This document shows, piece after piece, positions 1-12,985 of a DNA stretch of 64,000 nucleotides (its first letter is position 1; the number at the start of each line of letters is the position of its first letter). The stretch covers positions 96,970,001 through 97,034,000 of the forward strand of contig NC_087472.1 in the NCBI RefSeq assembly GCF_036321535.1, in the 5' to 3' direction. A program made the position numbers and the translations under genes. The notes beneath the pieces were generated by a model that did not search any database, was not told the origin of the DNA, and was given only the letters and a program-made list of their open reading frames with translations. The stretch is from Camelus dromedarius. Lineage: Eukaryota.

Positions 1-2213
1 TGTTTAATATTTAAATTGCTCCTCTGTTCACAGTTTGAATTTTACTGAGAATTGAATTTGTGCTGGGGTCCTGGCCTTAATGTGAATAAGCCTAAATGGT
101 TACCCTTACCATTTTCCAGTATTGTTTACACAGGAGCAGTACTAAGTTGAACTAAATGGAAACTACCATGCCTTAGTTATTGGCATTTAGAGAATAAAGG
201 ATATACGTATTAAGAAAATGTAGAAAGAAACAATTTTATCACTGCCATTTAAAAATGTGCTCTTAATGTATCCCCCCCTTTTCACCCAAAGGAAAATAGC
301 CAAGTCAGAGTGATACATTTTAACTTGAAAAATTGTAGCTGAAACTTTCTTGGTTGGAGTGGGATGTGGATTATGGAAAGGTGGCTTGACTACTCTTATT
401 GTTACCAGCCTGGTATCGCTGGTGATTTTTTCCTGAATATTCAGTCATGTGACCTCCCAGTTACATACCATCTCCTTCCTTCATGTTTTTGCCTAGGGCT
501 GGCCTTGAACCTGATCATATGATCATATGAAACTGAGAGGAATAGCCCTTGAACAGTCTTTAGTCATGGTTGACGTGATCCCAGAAATAAAGGTTCCAAG
601 CAAATGAACATTCCTATTAATGCATGTTTTCCAGGTGCAACATGAGTCTTTGTTTTGTACTCAATTCAGGCAAATCTAGTAATTTGGAAGGTGTCATATT
701 CATCAGATTCTGATATGTGAATAGATATGAATAACAAATGCTTCTGTGTTCTGGAGCACAATTCTGAAACTCAGTGTGTTCTGAAGTTTCTTTATCCTCA
801 AGGAATTTAACAGACTAGATCAAGATAATAACCATTAAACTCATACCCTACCACCACATCCAAGCCTTTTTTTCCCCCTCAATTTAGAGAAATATGAGTC
901 TTTCTAGGATTTGTACGGGGAAATTTAGCTGGAGAAAGACAATTTCCCACCTTGTACCAATTTTCTAATTCCCTCTGGGTTCTGTCCAGCTGGAGACCCT
1001 GATGGCTTTTGACCCTTTAGGTCTTGATCCTCTCAGGTACCATAAAGGTGAGTCCCAAACCTGATCTTCATCCCCATCAGAGGGCCTTTAGGATTAATCA
1101 ATGTTTTTCTCCAGTTTCGAACCTTCTTGGGACCAGATTCAGGGGACCCATTAAGCTGTGTGTCCCAGGCTTCAACATATATGCACCCTCCTAATTCCTG
1201 GTTCCTGCTGCAGTTCCTCTTAGTGGCTGAGCTCTGCCCTGTATCTAGGGTACTTAATTATTAGGGGTACTGAAAACCTGCCTAGAGCCCACATTTTCCC
1301 ATTTCCCTCTGCCTTGTGGCTGTAGATCTGTTCTCTCTTCTGTTTGAACCCAGACTTACCACCATTCTCCTGAGCCAAAAAGATCTACATGCCAAACTCT
1401 ACCCACCATATTCAACCCTCTGGTTATCAGTGCCTATCTGGATAGAGGCCTCTTTGGCCTGTAATAACTGGGCTATAGGTCACACTCTGTAAGGCCAGCT
1501 CTCCTAGGCCCTGCCTGATTCTAGTTTACCTCACTTTCCCTGATAAATGGTCATTGAAGTCTAGTGTGTCTTACAGCTGTCCAGAGGGAGACAAGATATA
1601 TCCTCTATTTGTTCAACCTGTTCTGGTCTAAACTTCCAGAATTGAGTCATTTTCCTTTACTAATGTTTATCCTTTGATCTGGAAAATGTCTCATGTGCTA
1701 GAACACTCTACTGTGTCAATGTGATCAATAGTAACAGAAACAAACTTAAAATGCACATTTAATTTGAAGACACAATCAATTGAAAATCACATTTTGTTTT
1801 ATAGAGAAAAAAGGGAAAAGGAAATTAAAAATATATAGCTTTAGGCATAAATTAAAATTTTCATACTACCTTTTTCTACTATAGTAATTACTAAAATGTT
1901 AATTTGGCAAAACATGAACCTTAGAAATAATAATCTTAATACTTGTATACTCAAATGCTCAGATCTGTAATGCACTTTAATTCCAGTGATATATATTCTG
2001 ACTGGTTTAGCAGATCAAGTGTGAACCTGTAAATCTGAGTATTGCCAAAAATGTTTTCATAATGAAATAAAGAATTAAAAGAGTAGTATTTGCATCTATA
2101 ATCTTGATTATAATCAGGTAACTTTCTTCTCTCAAAGCTCAGAGCTATATTTATGTCCAACAACATCAGCTTGTAGTCAGAAACAGTTTTTTTTAAATTC
2201 TCTTTTCTTCTGA

Positions 2214-2345
2214 TTTTTTTTTTTTGGCAAGGGGAGGTAATTAAGTTTATTTATTTATTTATTTTTAGAAGAGGTGTTGGGGATTGAACCCAGGACCTCA
2301 TGCACACTAAGCATGTGCTCTACTGCTTGAGCTATACCCTCCCCC
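2214..2345 (-). mobile_element. tRNA-derived SINE, camelid vic-1 type
   Basis: Reverse complement reads GGGGGAGGGTATAGCTCAAGCAGTAGAGCAC...GGTTCAATCCCC (A/B boxes), then (AAAT)n, CTTAATTACCTCCCC and an A tail; near-identical structure to the copy at 38706. Confidence 0.9.
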
Positions 2346-2440
2346 AGCAACTATTTATTGAGCACTTGCTATTTGTGGGCACTGTTCTAGCTCTTGGCAA
2401 TACAGCAGTGAACAAAACAAAGCCTCTGCTCACATGTACC
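2346..2440 (-). mobile_element. L2 3' end fragment
   Basis: CAACTATTTATTGAGCACTTGCT...GGCACTGTTCTAG...CAGCAGTGAACAAAAC, a typical L2 terminus. Confidence 0.65.
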
Positions 2441-2567
2441 ATTCCTGTGATGAGGAGACTACAGCATTAGGTTGAAGGGGGTTAGCAAATGATGCACCAG
2501 GCATGGCACATTTCTTTGCTACTGGTCTTCTTGGCCAGTGGTCTTGGATGAAATATGGTGCAATAAC

Positions 2568-3100
2568 AATGTCTTTCTATGTCTGGCTTACTTCACTTGG
2601 CATAATGTCCTCCAAGTCCATCTATATTGTCACAAATGGCAGAGTTCCCCCCCCTTTTTTTTTTTTAAAAAAAAGGCTGATTAAAAAATACTGTGAAATC
2701 ACTTATATATAGAAAATAAAGTAGATAGACTCACAGCAGTAGAAAGTGGTGACTGGTGCTTGCCAGGGATTGGAGGGTGGGGGAAATGGGGAGATGTTGG
2801 TCAAAGGGTACAGAGTTTCAGTTATGCAAGATAAGTTCTATGCCTCTAGCTAACAATACTGTATCATATACTCAAAAGTTTCTAACAGGGCAGATCTTAT
2901 GTTAAGTCTTCTTACCACAAAAAGATAATAAAAGTGATGAGAGTAAACATTGGGAGGTGATGGAGGTCTATGGTCTTGATGGTGGTGATGGTTTCACAAG
3001 TGTATACTTATCCCTAAACTCATCAAGTTGTATATATGAAATACGTATAGATTTTACATGTCAATCATGTCAGTGAAGTGTTTTTTTTTTTTTTTTTAAA
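2568..3100 (+). mobile_element. Old L1 (L1MA/MB-like) 3' end with inverted 5' segment
   Basis: 2568-2680 is antisense ORF2-end sequence; 2685-3100 is the sense 3' UTR (GGGGAGATGTTGGTCAAAGGGTAC...GGTGATGGTTTCACAAGTGTATAC). Confidence 0.75.
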
Positions 3101-3103
3101 GAA

Positions 3104-3537
3104 TATCTTAGTTTGGGTTTCCCCAGAAGAAGATCTCAAGGCAAAGACTCAAGGACAAGTAGTTTATCTAGACGTGAGGAAACTGGTATGGGAGTAGGGA
3201 AGTGAGACAGGAAAGAGAAGGTAGCCAAAAAAACCCTACCACTGTGGGTGGATTGTCACTCAATCTCATGAGAAAAGTCTAGGAATCAGAGCCCCCCCTC
3301 TCCTGAGGGGCAGGGGAGCCCGGATGTTTATACTCCAACTCCTGTTAGTCATCCTTTGGGGCCTTTTGGGAGCAGGCTTGATGCTAAATATGTCCTGCTG
3401 TGTGAGCAGCAAGGTGGGCTTTGGTGTCCTAAGAAAGCCCTCAGGCATAGGCACACAGGTTCTGGAAGTTTGAAAACAGTATGGCATGCAGTGAGTTTGT
3501 AAGGATTGAGGTAAGAGGATGTGGGCTGGGCTGCACA
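3104..3537 (-). mobile_element. ERVL LTR16-like solo LTR
   Basis: TCTTAGTTTGGGTTTCCCCAGAAGAAGATCTCAAGGCAAAGACTCAAGGACAAGTAGTTTAT...GGGAAGTGAGACAGG; similar copies at 27692 and about 36250. Confidence 0.6.
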
Positions 3538-3754
3538 GATGTTGAGGGAGAGCTGTCTTTCCATAGGAAATGGGAACACTCCTCCTCCTGTTTCACAGAT
3601 AGAACTGATGCATAGGAAGAGCAAACTGGAATAATTTTAAGACTTTGTTAGTGGTGTTGTAAGATAGATATGGCACAATGGACTAGCTTTAGCAGTAGAA
3701 TTTTGTCTTACTGCTGGTAAACATACCCTGCGTTGGAGTTGGTACCTTCCTGGG

Positions 3755-3772
3755 AAACACTAGATGGTGCTG
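3755..3772 (+). promoter_or_regulatory. Candidate CTCF motif
   Basis: AAACACTAGATGGTGCTG resembles the CTCF core CCAC/TAGRKGGCRC; motif match only. Confidence 0.35.
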
Positions 3773-4323
3773 TTCTCTCAGTAGAAATCTACAACTAGAG
3801 TTTGATGCTGTTCTATTATTACAGTTTAGCACACAATTTTAAATCAGTTGGGTTCAATCAATCAAAAAGTATTTACTGAACACCCATTAAGGACCAGAGT
3901 TGGGCCTGAAATAGAAAGGAAAATAGTATTCAGAAGAGAAAGACAGCAAGACTGAAAACCCAAGCAGCAGCTTTCCAACTTAAATCAGCCTAGATTTTCC
4001 CTTTCTTTAGAGAGCCTTTAGAGAATTTATGTAGCATAAAAATTTTATTTGATTGTGAAAGAACTTTGTATTAATAGAACAATATTTAGCATCAGTGTTT
4101 GACTATATTATTTTGAATGATATATATTCAGTTACTGGTTAACTATATTTGTTTTCTGACGTAATGATGAAATAAAAAAGCCATTTTTATTTTCTGTAAA
4201 GTGATATTTTAATATCCTTCTCAAATATGTTTCCTCCATGAACCTTTACCTGTTAAATCCGACTAGCTTTAATTGCTCCAAACTTCTCTTATTTCCCTGA
4301 GTAACTCTAGGGAGTCCTTATAG

Positions 4324-4483
4324 CAGTGCTTTTTAAACTTTCATGTGCATAACAGGTACCTGGGGACCTGCTTAAAAAGCAGATTCTGAGTTAGTGGGCT
4401 GGGGTACAGCCTGAGATTTTGCATTTCTAATTATCTCCCAGATGATGCTGATACTGCCGCTCCACAGACCACACTCTGAGTGG
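4324..4483. mobile_element. MER5A-like hAT-Charlie MITE
   Basis: CAGTGCTTTTTAAACTT...CAGATTCTGAG...TGCATTTCTAA...GATGCTGATACTGCCGCTCCACAGACCACACTCTGAG. Confidence 0.75.
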
Positions 4484-4715
4484 GTTTTCTCTTGTAAATA
4501 TGGTGATTGAATGAGTTTTGCCCCAGTTAGAAGCATGTTTCAATTTTAATTTCCTGTGGGAAAAGCACTTTCTTCCCTTGTGACTCTCCTGTCTTCAACC
4601 TCCTTTCCCCCATCCCCACCAGGTTCTTATAGTTAATGTGCATTGCACACAGTAGTCACTTAATATATATAAATGATGATTGGGGAGGAAAACTGTTTCT
4701 CCTTAAAAGATGGAG

Positions 4716-5168
4716 TGTCGGATAGATTTCATTTGTCCCTCCAGAGCCATTCTCTTTCTGTCTTTGCCCTGGGATGCTGACCTCTGTGGCTCTCATCAAG
4801 GTGCTCCTTTGTCCTCTGGCTTCCAGGTAGATTCTGCCCATGGTAGCCCCAGCAGAAGTCCAGAGAGAAAGATCAGGTATTTATCTCCTGGCTCCCTCCC
4901 TGCAAGGTCACCTTGGGCTGGCTGAGAACTTCTACTGAACATCAGTGTCCTTCATACAACTCTCCCCTTTTGCTTTCTGGAAACCTCTCCCTTCCCTCAT
5001 CCCCTTGGGCCTAGGATGTTGTAACTGCCCCTGTTATTATTAACCCTGGGCTACTTGTGATTCCCTGCATCTTGCCCACATTTTAAAAAAAGGGGTCCTT
5101 TTAAAATAAATCCTCCTCAAATTAGCCTAATTTGAGTGTGCCAACCCATTCGGACCCTGGCTGAAGCA
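4716..5168 (+). mobile_element. ERVL LTR33-like solo LTR
   Basis: TG...CA ends; CCCTGGGATGCTGACCTCTGTGG...CCTCTGGCTTCCAGG; end AATAAATCCTCCTCAAATTAGCCTAATTTGAGTGTGCC...GACCCTGGCTGAAGCA. Confidence 0.6.
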
Positions 5169-6229
5169 CTTGGTTACCATTGATTTTGGAGATACAAATA
5201 GGTAAAATTTGAGCTGTAGGAAGACATAAAATAACAGAACTTGATCCAAATAGAAAAGGCTTGATTTTGACAAGTATTTAATTGCTTTAGAATTTCAGGG
5301 ACACATCAGGGACACATTATCAACTCAGTTGGGACAACGAGGGTTAGGTTTTCCGTTATCTCTGTAGTATTTGAAAGGTTCATACAAATTCTCTTTCTCA
5401 GGTCAGTCTGGGTCAGGATGTAGCTGAGCAGGAGCTCCTGGCTTGTTAGAGATTTCCCAGACTGCTGGTCTCTATCCTCATTGCAATTGATTACGACAGA
5501 CAACAGAAATGATAAATTTAACTTACTCTGCAAAACAACAGTGGTAATTGTCTCTGACTCACCTTTTTATCTGAACAGATTAGCTTTTCTGTTCTCTCAT
5601 CTGAGTCCTTTCAATATCTGTGCATATATATCGGTGTATAAAATTACTCAATTCAAGTATTTACTAAAAAAAACCAAACAACAGAGCTTTATTGTTGTCT
5701 CATTGCAGGAGATCTCACTTTGTGTGAAATATACCCATTACCATATTTAATTTGCACCTATTAAAATGTCAAAGAATGATCCATCTTGAATTTGACCTGG
5801 AATATTCCAGGGTGATAAAGTTTTTAGTCCTCTTAAATGTGGCAGGGGTTTTCTTTTTGGCTGTATTCACTTCCTTTCCATTAGACTGTAGCACTTGAGG
5901 CTGCAAATTCATTCTTCTCCTAAATAAATGGTCACGGTGTTTACCAGAATTTTATTACTATGGCAGAGACCTCATCATTGGGATTTTTTTTAATGGGGAA
6001 ATTTCATGGCCTGTTTTCAAGGTTATTACTCAGAGCACCAGATATGTAACAAGATTTTATTTTTCTTTTATAGTTATTGTCACAATAGATGCCAGCATAG
6101 CAGATTCAATTGCTCAAATGATTGTGGCTAGCAGGAACTTTTTCATTCAAGACAATTAGGGGATCTAGTTGTAATGTTTAGAAAAATAAACAACCATTGA
6201 TGGTTCACTAATTGATTTCTTCTTCACTT

Positions 6230-7330
6230 TAATCATTTATCCATTCACCATCTGGTGATTGAGAACAAGTGCTCAGTATATAGATAGGAACAACAAATAA
6301 TCTTTCCTCACAGAGCTCATCTTGTTAGATGAGTAGCACCTATACACTAATTATGATTTATTTTAGCAATGATAAGGATGTTAGGTGCATGACACAGAGG
6401 AAGGAGGGCCTAATTTTACTGTGGGGAGGGGTTGGTTGGAAGAGTTTCATAGAGGAGTTGACATCTGAATGTGATTTTCAAGGTTGATTAGGAGATACAG
6501 AGATGTTATGTAGGTAGGAGCCAATTTATGAAAAGTTCTATACCTCTTCCTAAGGAAGTTGGGTTTTATCCTGGAGACAATGAAGGCCTCTAGAGAATTT
6601 TACCTAGGAAAGAAATATGATCAAGTTTACATTTTGGGAAGACCTTTTTGGCAAGGATGTAAGGGATGCTGTCCTTGGAAGGGTGTGTGTGTGTGTGAAA
6701 TTGTTTGTGTATGAGGAAAAGTAACCACTTGCTACAGAAAGAGCCCGTTCAGGAGCTAAAAACAGCCTGGACTAAGGTTATAGTAGTAAGAATGAGCAGA
6801 AAGAGACAGATTCAAGAGATGATTAGGAGGTAGAATTGGCGGAACTTAATGTCTGAGAAATTATTGCTAAGATGTGGAGTACACATAAGAGAATATGTTG
6901 GGAAAATGGATGGGGAGAAAGGATGAGTTTACTTTTGGATTCTTCGAGGTTGTGGCACCCTTAACAGACAGCTAGACTACTAGATAACTCTGGAGGTCAG
7001 AAAATTAATCTGGAAGAGAGACACGTGTTTGGAAATCAGGGACTAGTTAAAACCAGAGGAGTGGGTGGGATATTTGAGTGATTGAGTGCAGAGCAGAACT
7101 CTCCAAATTGCTTTTCTGTCTCCATGCTTTTCTTATGTGCAACGCTCTAGTGTTGCTAACGATAGGATGATTTCTTCCAGGATGGGGAGTGGGAGGGACA
7201 TGCCCTAAGCTAGTTAAGAATCACTAGAAGATGGACTGAGAAGTTGCTTATAAATGTAGGAAAAGAATGAGAAGGCGAAGTCCCAGAATCCAAGGAAAGA
7301 GTTTTAAGAAAGCAGAACTTGGTTGCTTAA
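6230..7330 (-). mobile_element. Degraded L2
   Basis: Purine-rich L2 ORF2-end motifs (GGGTTTTATCCTGGAGACAATG, GATTCAAGAGATGATTAGGAGGTAGAAT, GATGAGTTTACTTTTGGA). Confidence 0.6.
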
Positions 7331-8494
7331 GGGGATAGGTTGGTTTAAAAAGAAAGAGAACATTAAAAAATTTTAAATACATGTGCAGTGATAATCATTT
7401 CTAAGCAGAGGTCTGATTTTAGCACGGAACATGGATGACTCTGAAGTCAGAAGTAATTGAAAAAGTCCTCCGAGCATTTGAAATGCTTGTCATGGACTGC
7501 TTTGCTGAAAGCGTATGTCTTTGATAGGCTTATCTTCACTTCATTTTGAGCCATCTTTGTTATTTTTAATACTACCAAGAAGTACTTTGAACACATAGTT
7601 AAAATTATTTTCTTCAGAATCTGCCTAATCACTGTTTATTCTGTTTTCAGAATTTTTCTCTGATAAAATCAGAGGTGCAAAGCCAGCTTTTTAGAAACAG
7701 AATGGTACACTCAAACTGCTGAGAGTGATTATTAAAATTCAGGGTCCAAACATGGATATGACAGTAAAGTTCCTTTTATCTATGCTGGAACTAACATTTG
7801 ATGGATCCAGTTAGCAAAAACTGCTGCATGAGAGCCTGAGAGTGCTACATCCAGGCTCCCCACTGCTCCAGGTTTTGCTGCTGTTAATCAGACTTATTGC
7901 ATTCTCTAGCAATAGGGATGTCAAGCTATGCTGTACTTGAATCAGCAGTGAATAAAAGGAGTTAGGTTATCTGTAAAGAGCATCACAGAAATGTTACAGG
8001 AAACATGTCTTGCCCATATATACCTACGTTTATGTCTGGTTCAGTCTTCTGAGGCCAGGCTAGGAAGGTGAGGCCCCTTCTCTTGGCTGCTTGTGTGTAA
8101 GGAGATTCTGGGACTGTACCAGGAGGTCTGTCAGTGAGCTGCATGCCAAGACTGGGTGAGAAGCTTTGATAAGGCCTAGGTATTAAAGCAGGAAGATCAC
8201 GACTGCAGAAGTCAACAGAATGGATGGAAAGTGCTGAAAACAACCTCAAAAAATAATGGAAATGCCCAAATCTGGATAGTCATTGTTGAGATGACACCCA
8301 AATGGAACTAATGCTGACCTCCTCGAAGCAGGCAGGGGGCCAGATGGTTAAAAGCCACATACATCCCACTAAAGGAGTTAGATTTTTTTTAGCCTGAAGA
8401 CAATGGGAAGCCATCTGCTATCTCAGATCTTTGGTTTAAATATGGCATAGGATGTCCTAGGATTTCTCTGCATTCCTTCTACATGAATGATTTT

Positions 8495-11290
8495 CATTCA
8501 GGTTTATTGAGATATGATTTACATACAGAAAACTCACTCTTTTCAGTGTATAGTTATGAAAGTATTGGCAAACACATACAGTCCTGTAACAACCACCACC
8601 ATTAAGCTATAGAATAGTTACATCACTCATGTAATGCCTTTGTGGCTATTTCTAGCCAACCCTTCTCTCCACCCCAGCCTCTGGCAACCACTGATCTGCT
8701 TTTTGTTTCTGTAGTTTAGCCGTTTTGGTACAGCCACCATACAAAACAGTTTAGCAGCTTCTTCTAAAGTTAAATATACGTTTACCATGTGACTCAGCAT
8801 TCCTACTCCTAAGTATTTACCCTCAAGAAATAAAAAATTATGTTACCATGAAAACCTGTTCGTGAAGGTTTATGAGCAGCATGATTCATAATTGCCCCAA
8901 ACTGAAAACAACTCAAATGTCCTTCAACAGGGGAGTGGATAAAAAACTCTGATACATCCATAAGATGTAAAAAGCAACTAACTACAGATACAGCCAAAAA
9001 CTTGAATGAATCTCAGATGCAGTATGGTAAGTGAAAGAAGGCAGCTTCAAAAGGCTACATACTGTGTGATCCACAGTGGCTGTACCATTTTGCATTCCCA
9101 TCAGCAATATATGAGAGTTCCAGTTACTCCACAACCTTGGCAGCACTTGGCAGTGTTCTTAATTTTAACCATTGTAATAGATTTATAATGTTATCTCATT
9201 GTGATTTTGATATGCATTTTATTAATGACTAATAATGTTGAACATCTTTTCATATGTCTAATTCAGTATCCATTTATCTTTTTTGATAAATGTTTTTTCA
9301 AATCATTTGCCCACTTTTTATTAGGTTGTTTGTTTTTTATTGATGAGTTTTGAGAGCTCTTAACGTATTCTGGAGACAAGTCCTTTATCAGATACATATT
9401 TTGCAAATATTTTCTCCTATGTTGATTCATTACCTTAGTGTCTTGGCAGAGCAGAAGTTTTTAATTTTGATTAAGTACAGTTTATTATTTTTTTTCCTTT
9501 TATATGTCTTGATTTGGTATTGTATAAAGAATTCTTTGTCTAGCTCGAGGCCATAAAGATTTTCTCCTGTATTTTCTTCTAGAATATTTATAGTTTTAGG
9601 CTTTACATTTAGGTTTATGATCCATTATGAGATAATTTTTGTATATGATATGACAGATGGATTAAAATTATTTTTCTTTTTCCTTCTTTCCTTCCTTCCT
9701 TCCCCTTTCCTTTCCTTTCTGTCTTTCCTTTTTTTTTAAACATGTGGATGTCCAAATGTTCCAGGACTATTTGTTGAATAGACTTTTCTTTCTGTATTGA
9801 ATTTCATTTGCACTTTTGTCAAAAATCAGTTGACCATGTATATGTGGGTCTGTTTCTGGACTGTCTTCTGTTGCATTGATCCATATGACTATCCTTTTGC
9901 CAATAGCATACTGTGTTGATTTTTTTATAGTAAGTCAGTTAATCAGGTAGTTTCAGTCATCCAACTTTTTGAAAACTATTTTGGTATTCTGGTTCCTGTG
10001 CCTTTCCATAAACATTTTAGAATTGGCCTGCTGATTTCTGTAAAAATCCTTCTGGGATTTTTAAAAATTACATTCATCTATAGATGAATTTGGGAAGAAC
10101 TGCTGTCTTAACAATATTGAGTCTTTTCATCTACTGAAACTATATATCTCCATGATTTTTACATTTGCTTTGATTTCTTTCATCAGTGTTTTGTAGACTT
10201 TATCATATATATCATCACCTATTTTGCTAAGATTCATACCGAAGTATTTTATGGTTTATTTGATGCTATTGTAAATAGAATTAAAAATTTTATTTTCCAA
10301 TTTTTCATTGCTAGAATATAGAAATACAAATGATTTTTGTACATTGATCTTATGTACTGCAACCTTGCTAAAGTCACTTGTTAGTTCTAATAACTTGTTT
10401 GTAGATTCTTTAGGATTTCCTATGTAGACAATCATGTCTTCTGCAAATCTGTATGCCTCTTATTTCCTTTTTCTTGCCTGACTGCACTGGCTAGGAATTC
10501 CAGTATGATGTTGAATAGAAGTAGTAAGGATATACAGCCTTGCCTTATTCCTAATCTTAGGGGGAAGCATTCAGTCTTTAACTGAGGAGTCTGGTTCCTG
10601 GACAGACAACCTATGTGTGATTTATTGGGCCGGATGGTAGGCAATTACAAAGGCTTTATTTATCAGGCAGACCCCAGAAGTGAAATGCCCTCCCCATACC
10701 AGACTGTGCTGCAGTTAAGGACTCAGATTCCTCTGGACAGTCATGTTCTTAAACATATTTTCATTCTTAGCCCAGGCACCCTTTGGGCATGGCTTTCCTC
10801 TGTGAAGGCTTCCTTTTGGGGTATAAGGGAAAAACTTGAAGACAGTTGGGCCAGTACTCAGTACTTTTCCATGCTAGCCCTCCCCCTTACTCCCTACCCC
10901 CTGGCCTTTTATTTGGGATACCTCAACAGTGAGACAACTCTCACCCACATCTGCACTGATCTACATGACCCCTAACTTCTAGGGAAAATAGAAGTGGGGG
11001 GCGGGGAGTAGGGGGAACTTAGTTGCAGTAAATGTTTACAAGCCTTATTGTTACTTTCATTTTTGGCTTGTTTCTCTAATTGTCTACACTAGACACCTGG
11101 CAGCTCAGATCTCTAGCTCAGCTGAGCTCCTGCCGTTCACCATTAAGTATGATGTTAGTTGCAGGTTTTTTGTAAATGCCCTTTATCAGATTGAGGATGA
11201 TTCCTCCTATTCATAGTTGGCTGAGTTTTTTTCCTAAACCATGAATAGATGTTGAATTTTGTCAAATAATTTTTCTGCATCTATTGAGAT
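8495..11290 (-). mobile_element. Old L1 (L1MB/MC-like) 3' part; internally inverted at about 8726-9072 and interrupted by an LTR at 10583-11135
   Basis: TTTATTGAGATATGATTTACATAC 3' end; ORF2 remnant [23 protein letters not shown]; colinear sequence resumes after the LTR (CATTAAGTATGATGTTAG). Confidence 0.85.
10583..11135 (-). mobile_element. Solo LTR (ERVL-like, 5-bp TSD) inserted in L1
   Basis: Begins TG and ends CG (decayed CA); flanks TTAAC/TTCAC; removing it restores L1 CAGTCTTTCAC-CATTAAGTATG; minus-strand AATAAA at about 10621 and 10655. Confidence 0.6.
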
Positions 11291-11574
11291 AGCCTTTCTG
11301 TATTTATTCATTCTCTGCATTAACATTGTTTTATGCTTCCCAGTGTGTTTCCAGTTTATTCTTTATAATGTGTAATTCTTGGTGCCAAAGGATTTTACTC
11401 GTTCAGTAACCATATAAACATAAGGATGTCGGTCCTTTGGTTGATTCTAATGAGTACTCTCCCAAGTTCAGAGTTTCCTTAATGGGAATGAGGAGGTGAA
11501 TAATGGAAGTGGTTAAGAATTTTGAGTATTTGGATGTAGCTTCACTCTTTTATTAAAATAACATTTATTTTTCT

Positions 11575-12985
11575 TTTTTAAAATATATTTTCATTGAAGT
11601 ATAGTCAGTTTATAATGTTGTGTTAATTTCTGGTGTACAGCACAATGCTTCAGTCATACATGAGCATACATATATTTGTTTTCATATTTTTTTCACCATA
11701 AGTTACTACAAGATATTGAATATGGTTCCCTGTGCTATACAGTATAAACTTGTTTATCTATTTTATATACAGTAGTTAGTATCTGCAAATCTCGAACTCC
11801 CAATTTATCCCTTCCCACCCCCTTCCCACTGATAACCATAAGTTTGTTCTCTATGTCTGTGAGTCTGTTTCTGTTTTATAAATAAGTTTGTCTTTTTTTT
11901 TTTTTTAAGATTTCACATATAAATGATGTCATATGGTATCTTTCTTTCTCTTTCTGGCTTGTTCCACTTAGAATGACATTCTCCAGGTCCATCCATGTTG
12001 CTGCAAATGGCATTATTCTATTCTTTTTTATGTCTGAGTAGTGTTCCATTGTATAAATATACTACAACTTCTTTATCTAGTCATCTGTTGACGGACATTT
12101 AGGTTGTTTCCATGTCTTGGCTATTGTAAATAGTGCTGCTATGAACACTGGGGTGCATGTATCTTTCTGAATTAAGGTTCCCTCTGGATATATGCCCAGG
12201 AGTGGGATTGCTGGATCACATGGGAAGTCTATTTTTAGTCTTTTGAGGAATCTCCATACTGTTTTCCACAACAGCTGCACCAAACTACATTCCCACCAAC
12301 AGTGTAGGAGGGTTCCCTTTCTCTACGGCCTCTCCAACATTTATCATTTGTGGACTCTGGAGTGATGGCCATTCTAACTGGTGTGAGGTGATACCTCATT
12401 GTAGTTTTGATTTGCATTTTTCTGACAATTAGCCATATTGAGCATTTTTTCATGTGCCTGTTGGCCATTTGTATGTCTTCATTGCAGAATTGCTTGTTTA
12501 AGTCTTCTGTCCATTTTTGGTTTGGGTTGTTGGTTTTTTTCTTATTAAGTTGTATGAGCTGTTTATATATTCTGGAAATCAAGCCCTTGCCAGTCTCATC
12601 TTTTGCAAATATTTTCTCCCATTCCATAGGCTGTCTTTTGCTTATGGTTTCCTTTGCTGTGTAAAAGCTTCTAAGTTTAATTAGGTTCTATTTGTTTATT
12701 TTTGCTTTTATTTCTACTGTTTGGGTAGATTGCCCTAGGAGAACACTGCTGAGATTTATGTTGGGTAATGTTTTGTCTATGTTTTCTTCTAAGAGGTTTA
12801 TAGTGTCTTGTCTTATGTTTAAGTATTTATGCCATTTTGAGTTTATTTTTGTGTATAGTGTGAGAGAATATTCTAACTTCATTGATTTACATGCAGCTGT
12901 CCAGTTTTTCCTACACCATTTGCTGAAGAGACTATCTTTACTCCATTGTATGTTCTTGCCTCCTTTGTCAAAGATTAATTGACCA
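11575..12985 (-). mobile_element. Lineage-specific 5'-truncated L1 (ORF2 C-terminus plus 3' UTR), frameshifted
   Basis: ORF2 peptides [43 protein letters not shown] in several frames; likely TSD TATTTTTCT (11566-11574 / 12986-12994). Confidence 0.93.

Noticed and set aside
900..1620. Possible ancient LTR or ERV-internal remnant
   Set aside because: Could not identify termini, TSD or a family motif by eye
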